Shown: in pieces, positions 39,295 through 49,350 of the stretch
Layout: every line of letters starts with the position of its first letter
Numbering within the stretch: position 1 is the stretch's first letter
From: Heterodontus francisci
Lineage: Eukaryota
DNA length: 64,000 bases
Reading direction: 5' to 3'
NCBI RefSeq assembly: GCF_036365525.1
Contig: NW_027140807.1
Span: 186,001 to 250,000, forward strand
The notes under the pieces: generated by a model
What the model was told of the DNA's origin: nothing
The model's database searches: none
What the model saw: the letters and a program-made list of their open reading frames with translations, nothing else
Position numbers and translations under genes: made by a program

Positions 39295-42189
39295 TCATTC
39301 TCCTTTATCCATATACCTATCCAAAAGCCTTTTGAAAGTCCCTAAAGTTTCTGACTCAACAACTTCCCCGGGCAAGGCATTCCATGCCTCGACCACTCTC
39401 TGGGTAAAGAACCTTCCCCTGACATCCCCCTTATATCTCCCACCCTTCACCTTAAATTTATGACCCCTTGTAACGCTTTGCTCCACCCGGGGAAAAAGTT
39501 TCTGACTGTCTACCCTATCTATTCCCCTGATCATCTTATAAACCTCTATCATGTCACCCCTCATCCTTCTCCTTTCTAATGAGAAGAGGCCTAGAATGTT
39601 CAGCCTTTCCTCGTAAGACTTATTCTCCATTCCAGGCAACATCCTGGTAAATCTCCTCTGCACCCTCTCCAAGGCTTCCACATCCTTCCTAAAATGAGGC
39701 GACCAGAACTGCACACAGTACTCCAAATGAGGCCTTACCAAGGTCCTGTACAGCTGCATCATCACCTCACGGCTCTTAAATTCAATCCCTCTGCTAATGA
39801 ACGCTAACACCCCATATGCCTTCTTCACAGCCCTATCCACTTGAGTTGCAACTTTCAACGATCTATGCACATAGACCCCAAGGTCTCTCTGCTCCTCCAC
39901 ATGCCCAAGAACCCTACCGTTAACCCAGTATTTTGCATTCATGTTTGTCCTTCCAAAATGGACGACCTCACACTTTTCAGGGTTAAACTCCATCTGCCAC
40001 TTTTCAGCCCAGCACTGCAACCTATCCAAGTCCCTTTGCAGACGACAATAGCCCTCCTCGGTATCCACAACTCCACCAACCTTTGTATCATCTGCAAATT
40101 TACTGACCCACCCTTCGACTTCCTCATCCAAGTCGTTAATAAAAATCACAAACAGGAGAGGACCCAGAACTGATCCCTGCGGCACGCCACTGGTAACTGG
40201 GCTCCAGGCTGAGTATTTACCATCTAAGACCACTCTCTGCCTTCTATCAGTTCGCCAATTCTTAATCCAACTGGCCACATTCCCCACTATCCCATGCCTC
40301 CTGACTTTCTCCATAAGTCTACCATGGGGGACCTTATCAAATGCCTTACTAAAATCCATGTACACCACATCCACTGGTTTACCCTCATCCACTTGCTTGG
40401 TCACCTGCTCAAAGAATTCAATCAGGCTTGTGAGGCAAGACCTACCCCTCACAAAACCGTGCTGACTGTCCCGAATCAAGCAGTGTCTTTCCAGATGCTC
40501 ATAAATCCTATCCCTCAGCACCTTTTCCATCAACTTGCCTACCACCGAAGTAAGACTAACTGGCCTGTAATTCCCAGGGTTGTTCCTATTCCCTTTCTTG
40601 AACAGGGGCACAACATTTGCCACCCTCCAATCACCTGGTACCACCCCCGTCAGCAGAGAAGATGAAAAGATCATTGCCAGCGGCTCTGCAATTTCATCCC
40701 TTGCTTCCCATAACATCCTTGGATATACCCCGTCAGGCCCGGGAGACTTGTCTATCTTCAAGTTATTCAAAAACCCCAACACATCTTCCCTCCTAACGAG
40801 CACTTCCTCGAGCTTACCAGTCTGTTTCACACCGTCCTCTTCAGTAATACACCCCTTCTCATTCGTAAATACCGAAGAGAAGTACTCATTCAAAACCTCA
40901 CTTATCTCTTCCGGCTCAACACACAGTCTCCCGCTATTGTCCTTGACCGGACCTATGGTCCCCCTAGTCATCCTCATATTTCTGACATACGCGTAAAAGG
41001 CCTTGGGGTTTTCTTTTATCCTACCCGCCAAGCATTTTTCATGCCCTCTCTTAGCTCTCCTAATCCCTTTCTTCAGATCCTTCCTGGCCATCTTGTATCC
41101 CTCCAGAGCTATGCCTGTGCCCTTTTTCCTCAACCTTATATACGCATCCTTCTTCTTCCTAACAAGACTCTCAACCTCTCTTGTCAACCACGGTTCCCTC
41201 ACATGACCATCCCTTCCCTGTCTGACAGGGACATGCTTATCAATGGCCCCTACTATCTGCTCCTTGAAAAAGTTCCACATTTCGACCGTGCCCTTCCCTG
41301 CCAGCATATGCTCCCAACTTATGCTCCTCAGTTCCTGCCTGACAGCATCATATCTACCCTTCCCCCAATTGTAAACCTTGCCCTGTTGCACATACCTATC
41401 CTTCTCCATTACCACAGTGAATGCTACAGAATTGTGATCACTATCTCCAAAGTGCTCGCCCACCAACAGCTCTATCACTTGCCCTGGTTCATTACCTAGT
41501 ACCAAATCCAATATTGCCTCCCCTCTGGTCGGGCAGTCTACATACTGAGTCAGAAAAGCTTCCTGGACATACTGCACAAACACTACCCCATCCAAACTAT
41601 TCGATCTAAAGAGTTGCCAATCAATATTTGGGAAGTTGAAATCCCCCATAATTACTACCCTGTGACTTCTGCTCCTTTCCAAAATCTGTTTCCCAATCTG
41701 CTCTTCCACCTCCCTGCTGCTATTGGGGGGCCTATAGAAAACTCCCATCAAGGTGACTGCTCCTTTCCTGTTCCTGACCTCAACCCACAGTGCCTCAGTC
41801 GGCAGATCCTCCTCGAAAATTCTTTCAGCAGTTGTTACACTATTTCTAACTAACAATGCCACCCCCCCACCTCTTTTACCACCATTCCTAATCTTATGAA
41901 AACATCTATAACCAGGTACCTCCAAAAACCATTCCTCCCCCTCACCTATCCACGTTTCAGTGATGGCCACAACATCGTAGTTCCAAGTGCCCATCCACGC
42001 CTTCAATTCACTCACCTTATTCCTGATGCTTCTTGCGTTGAAGTATACGCACTTTAACCCTTCTCCGTGCCCATCTGTCCTCTGTGACAGTGCTACCTTC
42101 CCCAATACCTCACTACACTCTTTGTCTTTCTGAGTGGACCCACTGGTCCCTGGATTACAAGTCCGGTTCCCATCCCCCTCCCAAACTAG
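39295..42189 (-). CDS. CR1 ORF2p: APE endonuclease plus reverse transcriptase
   Basis: YFNARS, ITETW, GDFN and SDH endonuclease motifs; GVPQGSVLGP and FADD RT motifs. The frame is open up to the end of ORF1 and has no AUG before the first endonuclease motif. Confidence 0.95.
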   Translation of the reverse strand, partial: LVWEGDGNRTCNPGTSGSTQKDKECSEVLGKVALSQRTDGHGEGLKCVYFNARSIRNKVSELKAWMGTWNYDVVAITETWIGEGEEWFLEVPGYRCFHKIRNGGKRGGGVALLVRNSVTTAERIFEEDLPTEALWVEVRNRKGAVTLMGVFYRPPNSSREVEEQIGKQILERSRSHRVVIMGDFNFPNIDWQLFRSNSLDGVVFVQYVQEAFLTQYVDCPTRGEAILDLVLGNEPGQVIELLVGEHFGDSDHNSVAFTVVMEKDRYVQQGKVYNWGKGRYDAVRQELRSISWEHMLAGKGTVEMWNFFKEQIVGAIDKHVPVRQGRDGHVREPWLTREVESLVRKKKDAYIRLRKKGTGIALEGYKMARKDLKKGIRRAKRGHEKCLAGRIKENPKAFYAYVRNMRMTRGTIGPVKDNSGRLCVEPEEISEVLNEYFSSVFTNEKGCITEEDGVKQTGKLEEVLVRREDVLGFLNNLKIDKSPGPDGVYPRMLWEARDEIAEPLAMIFSSSLLTGVVPGDWRVANVVPLFKKGNRNNPGNYRPVSLTSVVGKLMEKVLRDRIYEHLERHCLIRDSQHGFVRGRSCLTSLIEFFEQVTKQVDEGKPVDVVYMDFSKAFDKVPHGRLMEKVRRHGIVGNVASWIKNWRTDRRQRVVLDGKYSAWSPVTSGVPQGSVLGPLLFVIFINDLDEEVEGWVSKFADDTKVGGVVDTEEGYCRLQRDLDRLQCWAEKWQMEFNPEKCEVVHFGRTNMNAKYWVNGRVLGHVEEQRDLGVYVHRSLKVATQVDRAVKKAYGVLAFISRGIEFKSREVMMQLYRTLVRPHLEYCVQFWSPHFRKDVEALERVQRRFTRMLPGMENKSYEERLNILGLFSLERRRMRGDMIEVYKMIRGIDRVDSQKLFPRVEQSVTRGHKFKVKGGRYKGDVRGRFFTQRVVEAWNALPGEVVESETLGTFKRLLDRYMDKGE

Positions 42190-43106
42190 TTTAAACCCTC
42201 CCGAACAGTACTAGCAAACCTCCCTCCCAGGATATTGGTGCCCCTCTGGTTCAGATGCAGCCCGTCCTGTTTGAACAGGTCCCATCTTCCCCAGAATGCA
42301 GTCCAATTATCCAAGAACTGGAAGCCCTCCCTTCTACACCATTCCTGCAGCCACGTGTTCAGCTGTGCTCTCTCCCTATTCCTAGCCTCACTATCACGTG
42401 GCGCCGGCAACAAACCAGAGATAACAACTCTGTCCGTCCGAGCTTTCAGCTTCCAGCCTAACTCCCTAAACTCACTTCTAACATCTGTGCCACCCTTCCT
42501 TCCTACGTCGTTGGTGCCAATGTGCACCACGACCTCTGGCTGCTCCCCCTCCCCTTTAAGGATCCTGAAGACGCGATCACAAACATCACGGACCCTGGCA
42601 CCAGGGAGGCAACAAACCATCCGTGCGTCTCGCCTGCGCCCACAGAACCGCCTGTCCGTACTCCTCACCATCGAGTCCCCGATGACTAGTGCTCTCCCAT
42701 TCTCCCTCCTTCCCTTCTGAGCCACAGTGCAGGACCCCGTGCCAGAGGCCCGGTCACTGCAGCCTGCCCCCGATAGGCCGTCCCCCCCAACAGTATCTAA
42801 AACTGTATACTTGTTGTTGAGGGGAACGACCACAGGAGATCCCTGCACTGACCTCTTCCCACCTCTAACTGTTACCCAGCTGCCTTTGATTTGTGGAGTA
42901 ACGACCTCCGTGTAGCTTCTATCTATCAACCCCTCAGCTTCCCGAATGATCCTCAGTTCATCCAGCTCCAGCTCCAATTCCCTAACACGGTCTGATAGGA
43001 GCTGGAGACGGATGCACTTCCAGCAGGTGAAGTCGGCAGGGCCACCGGAGGTTTCCCTCACCTCGAACATTCTGCAGGAGGAGCAATACACTACACTGGC
43101 TGCCAT
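42186..43106 (-). CDS. CR1 ORF1p: zinc finger/coiled coil plus SGNH (GDSL-type) esterase domain, 306 aa
   Basis: CxxC...CxxC N-terminus and a leucine-rich helix, then LVIGDSMVR, CLPGA, VHIGTND and DGLHL esterase blocks. Confidence 0.92.
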   Translation of the reverse strand: MAASVVYCSSCRMFEVRETSGGPADFTCWKCIRLQLLSDRVRELELELDELRIIREAEGLIDRSYTEVVTPQIKGSWVTVRGGKRSVQGSPVVVPLNNKYTVLDTVGGDGLSGAGCSDRASGTGSCTVAQKGRRENGRALVIGDSMVRSTDRRFCGRRRDARMVCCLPGARVRDVCDRVFRILKGEGEQPEVVVHIGTNDVGRKGGTDVRSEFRELGWKLKARTDRVVISGLLPAPRDSEARNRERAQLNTWLQEWCRREGFQFLDNWTAFWGRWDLFKQDGLHLNQRGTNILGGRFASTVREGLN

Positions 43107-44194
43107 TTCTTTTATTCAATTACCCCTTAGTTAAGTACAAATATAGATATTAACAAAAACAGTAAATAGCTTACCTGCTCAGTCCTTTTTGGTTAGAGGA
43201 GGAGGGTAAAAAGGGTCTTATTATTAGGTTAGAGGAGGAGGATGGGTGGGAGACACTACATGTGTAGTGGCTCGAGTTTACTCAGCTCCGCACCTTTAAG
43301 GAAAATACCTACCCAGGAATCCTCGCTGCCGACCAGCTTCCGGTTCCTCCGGCGCCAAAAGAAACTCAAAGACAAGGAAAACAGTAAGTAAAACAGTAAG
43401 TACTTACTTTTAAAACACAGCTCCTGATGCCTTCACTCACCCACCGAAGAGTCGCTACCTTCTCCTGCTGCTCCGCCGGGAAATTATACATAACAGTAAG
43501 GATCGAACAGGCTGGGGTCCTTCTCCAGAAATGAGGGGTGCCCAGATAAGAAGTCTTTAATATTATTCATAGGTTTGATAGGATAGATGTAGAGAAGATA
43601 TTTTCACTTGAGGCCCAAGACCAGAATTATAAGCTATAAAATAGTCACGAAAAATCCAAATTCAGGACAAACCTCATTTCCCAGAGATTGGTGAGAATGG
43701 GGAACTAACCACAATAGGCAGTGGTAGAGGCAAATTGTATTCAGTGGGAAACCAGTAGACATACGAGGCAGAAAGGATTGACAGGAGATGCTGAGAGGTT
43801 GAGATAAAGAGGGATGAAAGGATGTACCTGTGGAACATCAACACCTGTATAGATCCGTTCACCTGATGCTGTGTTCTATATTGTCTGCAATTCTATATAG
43901 TCAACATCAGTATCTGAAAGAGGGGAGAAAGTTGGAAAGCCGATCTGGAACTTCCCAAGGAGTTCTACAGCCAATGAAGTGCTTCTGTTGAATTACAGGC
44001 ATGTTGGTCTTTATTGCAAGGGGGATGGGAGAACAAGAATAAGGAAGTCGTGTTACACTTGTATTGGGTCTTGGTGAGAACACACCTGGAATACAGTGTG
44101 CACATATTTGGACAGGGCTCCGAATGATCGGGCTGCACATGTCAATGACACTGAACTGCAGTTCCAGAAAGCGATTAACAGGCGTCTAACATTG

Positions 44195-44345
44195 GTCCCT
44201 CCCCGGAAATGAAAGAAAACTGGGTCCCGCCTATCCGAATGATAAAGTGATGGAGAGGGAAGCTGTGAATTTCAGTCAGTGCCCAGAACTTTGAGATATT
44301 CGACAATAAAAGTGCTCAGTCATTTCATATAAAACCACACGTATC
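44195..44345 (+). promoter_or_regulatory. Putative promoter of the inverted V
   Basis: CCGGAAAT (ETS-like), TATAAAA and AACCACA (RUNX-like) directly upstream of the leader ATG. These are motif matches only. Confidence 0.4.
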
Positions 44346-44360
44346 CTTCACCCTCCAGAG

Positions 44361-44980
44361 ATGTCTGTGTCTCAGCTCTGGGTTGTGTTGTTGGTGTTAA
44401 GGGGTAAGGAGGTGTCTGAACTGTGAGGTTACAATGATGTACATGTGTCTCTGATTCTCAGTCTCTGTCTGTCTTTGTCTCTCTCCTTCTCCCTCTATAT
44501 TTCTTTCTCTGTCTCTCATTATCTCTCGCTCTCTGCCTCTCTGCCTCTAACTGGTCTCCACCGCTCTCTCTCTATCTCTGTCTGCCTGCCCACTTCTACC
44601 ACTTCTTGTTGATAACAATATAGATATTGTCCCTGGGTTAATCTCTTTCTTTCTCTCTCTCTCTCTCTCTCTGTTTTACAGATGTGAGGGCTGTGTTGAT
44701 CCAACAGACTCCCTCTTCCATATCCCATTCCCCAGGCTCTCCAGTCAGGATCCAATGGACTTACACTGAAGCAACAGCTGGCTCCTATTTCTACTGGTAC
44801 CGATGGCGTCCGGACCGTGAGCCCCAGAACCTTTCCTATTCCTACGGTGCTGGAACGGTCAGTCCCTCTGGTGAGGTGGACGGTTTCACCGCCAGGAGAC
44901 CCGACAACACCCATTTTTACCTGGAGTCCTCCAGCCTGTGGATGAATCAATCAGCCATGTATTACTGTGCCTGGAGACAG
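44361..44980 (+). pseudogene. TRBV: Isolated inverted TCR V segment of a third family (leader 44361-44403, V exon 44682-44980): open frame but first Cys changed to Trp
   Basis: Leader MSVSQLWVVLLVLR|GTAAGG and acceptor TTTTACAG. V reads VLIQQTPSSISHSPGSPVRIQW...FYWYRW...MYYCAWRQ. Confidence 0.87.
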
Positions 44981-45019
44981 CACAGTGACTCAGAAAGGCG
45001 CTGGAGTTCAGCAAAAACT
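44981..45019 (+). promoter_or_regulatory. 23-RSS of the inverted V
   Basis: CACAGTG, 23-bp spacer, GCAAAAACT. Confidence 0.92.
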
Positions 45020-47419
45020 CTGAACATTGACAGAGCTCACTTGTGGGAGATAGACCTGTCTATCTGGGATGTCATTCTATCACTCTGACTATCTGTCAGT
45101 TTCTATGTCTACTGTTGAATGAACTGGCTCTTTGACAGAGTTGTCTAACTAGTTCCCATTCACTGACTAGTTCTCCATTGCACTAATAAATCTCCCCTTC
45201 ATCTACTTCTCCAATTGACATCTGGAAGTTACTATTGGATGGTCTTCCACCGCCCTTTCAGTCAGTGTCCTCCACATGATAACAATTCACTGAGGAGAAA
45301 GATTCCACTCATCTCCCACTCTGGTTCCTTTCCCAATTACCTTCAATTCTTGGTCCCTGGTTTATCGACCCTCCTGACAGTAGATACAACCATCTGGATA
45401 CAGTTTCTCTATCAAGACACTTCTAACCACATCTTTCAAATCTCCCCTTACCCTCATTACTCTAATGGACACAAGTCCATACAAATTGGAAATGGTTGAT
45501 CTTGGAACCTTTAATCATGTCTCTGATGATTCATACAGTGCAAAGGCGAGACACCTCTCCAGATCCGTCTCTGACTGGAACACCTGCCTCCAGACGGCGG
45601 CTTCAGCATCTGTTCAAAACTGTTAATCCACTTGTCTCTCAGTCTGTCGGGGTCTTTTGAAGAATTTTCACAATGACTGCAGTTCAGTGCGGTGAAGAAC
45701 TTAACCCTTTAACTCCCGTTTATTGCAAGGGGGTGGGGGGCGGGGAAATGAAACTGTCTTGGCCCTGAAACAAGGCAGCAGGTTGACGGGTCTTATTGGA
45801 TCATAGAATCATGAGGGACAAATCCAGGCCATTCAGCCCATCGATCCTGGCCTAGCTGTTCGAAAGAGCGACCTCCTCCCATCTTTCTTCATCTTACCCT
45901 ATCAACAGATTCTTCTATTCCTTTCTCACTCATGTATTTATTCAGCTCCCCCTTTAACTGCATCGTCTCTATTCGACCTCAACCCATTGCATTTGGTCTG
46001 TAATTCCACATTCTCACCGCTCCCTGGGTTAAAGAACCTCCTCCTGAATTCCCAATTGGATTTATTAAGGACTACCTTAAATTTATGATCCCTGGTTTTC
46101 ATCTTCCCTGTCCAATTACTCCCACTCCCTGTTCTTTCTGAATAACCCTGCACTTGATCTTGCAGCTTGTCTGCCTCCTTCCCAACATTACAACAGTGAC
46201 TGCATTTCAAAATGTATTTGACTGGTTGAGGCTTGAGTGAAGCAGAGAACCGTCGGGCCAAATGGCGCGGATCTGTGCATTAACTTCCATCTAGTTCTGT
46301 GCCACAAGCGCCAACACGAGTCGAGTAGGAGAATATAACTAATGACAGAAACAGGTTCAGGGTCTGACACTGAATGGCCTGCACAGCACTGTGCACAGCA
46401 CTGCAGATTTGGTCCAACCAAGGTCGATGGAGACCAGAACAGTGCACAGGGCTCCAGAAGAGCTCTAAGTAAGGTATTTGTAAGTATGAACTGTCCTCAG
46501 CACTTCAGGCGTCGTCAACACAAGGCATATCGAGCTGAGAATTGTGCACAGTGCTCCAGGTGTGGTCTATCTGAGGTTCTTTATATAAACTGGAGGTGAA
46601 AAGTGGAAGATCTTTAATACAATTTGTGTTAAATGTCCATTTCCCAGCTTTGTAAACCCTTGTAACATTAAACTGGTAAATGTTAAGAAGGTTTTTTGGA
46701 TTGAATACAGGCTAATGGATAAATACAGCAGCAGCAAATAATGTGCAAAGTATCATTGAGAAATATAACTGTAAATATGGGTGAGAATTGTGTGAAATGT
46801 CACCAGTTGTTAAAGTTCTCTTGGCTGCACCATTTAACCTGTCTCTAGTTTCAGTCTTTGTAACACAGTGGAATTGAAAATCTGAATAAAAACTGCATGT
46901 TTATTCTGCAGTCAAACCGGCCTCTCCAGCAAAAACTCTTTTGTCACAATTTCAAGGTAACTGCAGTGAGTCATTTTCTGAACTGTCTGTTAACTGGAGG
47001 TGAATAGTGAAAGACATTGAATACAATGAGTGTTAAATGGTCATTATCCAAACTGGTCCCTCCAGGTTTTAAATGACAGCAGCTTTTCTGCCCTGTGAAT
47101 GAGGTTTTTGGGGGAGGGAGAGAGAGACAGACAGGTTTCTGTGTGGAATGGTCCATTTGGGATATGGCTGGAATATCCCTCTCTCCCTCACTCCCTGTTT
47201 CCACAGAGACTCACCTTGGACTGTCCCATACCTGGGAGGGAGTGTCCAGATGGAGGAAGCTGAATGCTGTATTTTGGGTGGACTGTCTGTTTTGAGTGAC
47301 AGGTTCCGGGATATATTAGGAGAACATCAGTCTCCATTCTTTCTTTCCATGCGGCTGGTTTGTGAAGGTGAGTTTTTGTGTCTCAGTCTCTGTGCCCAGG
47401 TGAATTGCAAGCTGATTAC

Positions 47420-47455
<36 letters not shown>

Positions 47456-47619
47456 TCCAGTCTGAATCCCCCACTCTGTCCCACTCCTGACCCTTTTCTC
47501 CAATTCCCACCACAATCTCCCACTCCAGGATCTTTTCCCCATGGACAAGCTGATGGAGGGAAGGTGTTGGAGTCCAACGATGGAGCGCAGACCATGTGGG
47601 ATGGTGAGTATCACATCTT

Positions 47620-48400
47620 TATTGTCTCTCTCTCTGCCTTTTTCCCTCCTTCTCTCTCAGTCTCTCTCTCAATCTGTGTGTTTCAGTGTGTGTTTTTTTC
47701 CCCTCTCTCTGTGTTTTCTCTCTCTCTCCCCGTGTTTCTCTTCCCCCCTCTCTGTTTTTTCTCTCTCGGTTTTTTTCTCTCGCTCTCCCCGTGTTTCTCT
47801 CCCGCTCTCTCTGTTTTTTCTCTTTCTCTCTCGTGTTTTCTCTCTCTCTCTCTCTGGGTTTTCTCTCTCTTGTGTTTTCTCTCTCTCTCTCTGGGTTTTC
47901 TCTCTCTTGTGTTTTCTCTCTCTCTCTGGGTTTTCTCTCTCTTGTGTTTTCTCTCTCTCTCTCTCTGTTTTCTCTCTCTCCCCATGTTTCTCTCCCTCTC
48001 TGTTTTTTCTCTCTTGGTTTTTTCTCTCTCTCTCCCCGTGTTTCTCTCCCGCTCTCTCTCTCTCGTGTTTTCTCTCTCTGTCTGGGTTTTTTCTCTCTCT
48101 GGGTTTTTTCTCTTTCTCTCTCTTGTGTTTTCTCTCTCTCTGGGTTTTTTCTCTTTCTCTCTCTTGTGTTTTCTCTCTCTCTCTCTGGGTATTTTCTCTC
48201 TCTCGTGTTTTCTCTCTCTCTCTCTCTCTGGGTTTTTTCTCTCTCGTGTTTTCTCTCTCTCTCTCTCTGGGTTTTTTCTCTCTCGTGTTTTCTCTCTCTC
48301 TCTCTGGGTTTTCTCTCTCTCGTGTTTTCTCTCTCTCTCTGGGTATTTTCTCTCTTGTGTTTTCTCTCTTTCTCAGGGTTGTTTCTCTCTCTGGGTGTTT
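47620..48400. repeat. Pyrimidine-rich compound microsatellite (GTTTT(CT)n units)
   Basis: Seen directly. It accounts for the spurious F/S/L-rich ORFs. Confidence 0.9.
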
Positions 48401-48404
48401 CTGC

Positions 48405-49350
48405 CCCCCCTCCCCGGGAACAGACTCCTATCTAAATACAAGACCCCCCGGGGACTGACCCCCCCCCCCCCCCCCCCCCCAGTAAATACCCCACAGGGAC
48501 AGACCCCCATCTAAATACCCCTCCCCCCCTGGGAACAGACTCCTTTCTAAATACCACCCCCCCCCCCCCCCCAGGAACAGACTCCTATCTAAATACCCCA
48601 CCACCCCCGAGGAACAGACCCCCATCTAAATACCCCCCCCTGGGAACAGACTCCTTTCTAAATACCCCCCCCCCCCCCCCCGGGAACAGACTCCTATCTA
48701 AATACCCCACCACCCCCGAGGAACAGACTCCCATTTAAATCCCCCCCCCCCCCCCCCCCCCCAGGATCAGACTCCTATCTAACTACCCCACCACCCCCGA
48801 GGAACAGACTCCTATCTAAATCCCCCCCGGGAACAGACCCCCATCTAAATGCCCCCCCTGAACAAACTCCCATCTAAATACCCCCCTGTGAACAGACTCC
48901 CATCTAGATACCACCCCCCCCCCTTATCCAGACCCCCATCTAAATACCCCCAGGAACAGACCCCCCCCCTTTCTCATTGTCTTTCTCCATCACTGTCTCT
49001 GTTTCTCTCTCTCTCTTTCTCTGTCCGTGACTCCATTTGTTCCTCCCTTACACCATCTCCCACTCTCTCTGATTATGTCTCTCTCTCTCTCTCTCTCTGT
49101 GTCCCTCTCTTGTGCTGTCTGTCTCTCTCATTGCCTCTCTTTCTCTCCCTGCAATTTTTTAACACCCCCCAGACTCACATCTAAATACCCCACAGGGACA
49201 GACTCCTATCTAAATACCCCCCGGGAACAGACTCTCATCTAAATACCCCCCGGGAACAGACTCTCATCTAAATGCCCCCCCGGGAACAGACCCCCATCTA
49301 AATAACCCCCCCCCCCATTAACTGACCCCAATCTAATTCTCCCCCCCAAT
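48405..49350. repeat. C-run minisatellite (GGAACAGACTCCTATCTAAATA(C)n)
   Basis: About 20 degenerate units with poly-C tracts, interrupted by a CT tract. Confidence 0.88.

Larger units (their letters stand above)
39183..43485 (-). mobile_element. Full-length CR1 LINE with intact ORF1 and ORF2
   Basis: 5' UTR of about 380 bp, ORF1, ORF2 and a (TTCTATG)n 3' tail at about 39185-39213. No stops in either ORF. The 5' end is approximate. Confidence 0.95.

Noticed and set aside
42235-42720. Antisense ORFs within the CR1
   Set aside because: They are shadow frames of the genuine ORF1 and ORF2 and have no independent features.
1-45019. Assignment to Ig heavy/light, IgNAR or NAR-TCR
   Set aside because: There are many tandem V segments without a D-J-C per cluster, each with its own leader, and I saw no octamer. 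The MYWYRQ/FYS/CAWS motifs fit TCR beta best, although no C gene is in the window to confirm the chain.
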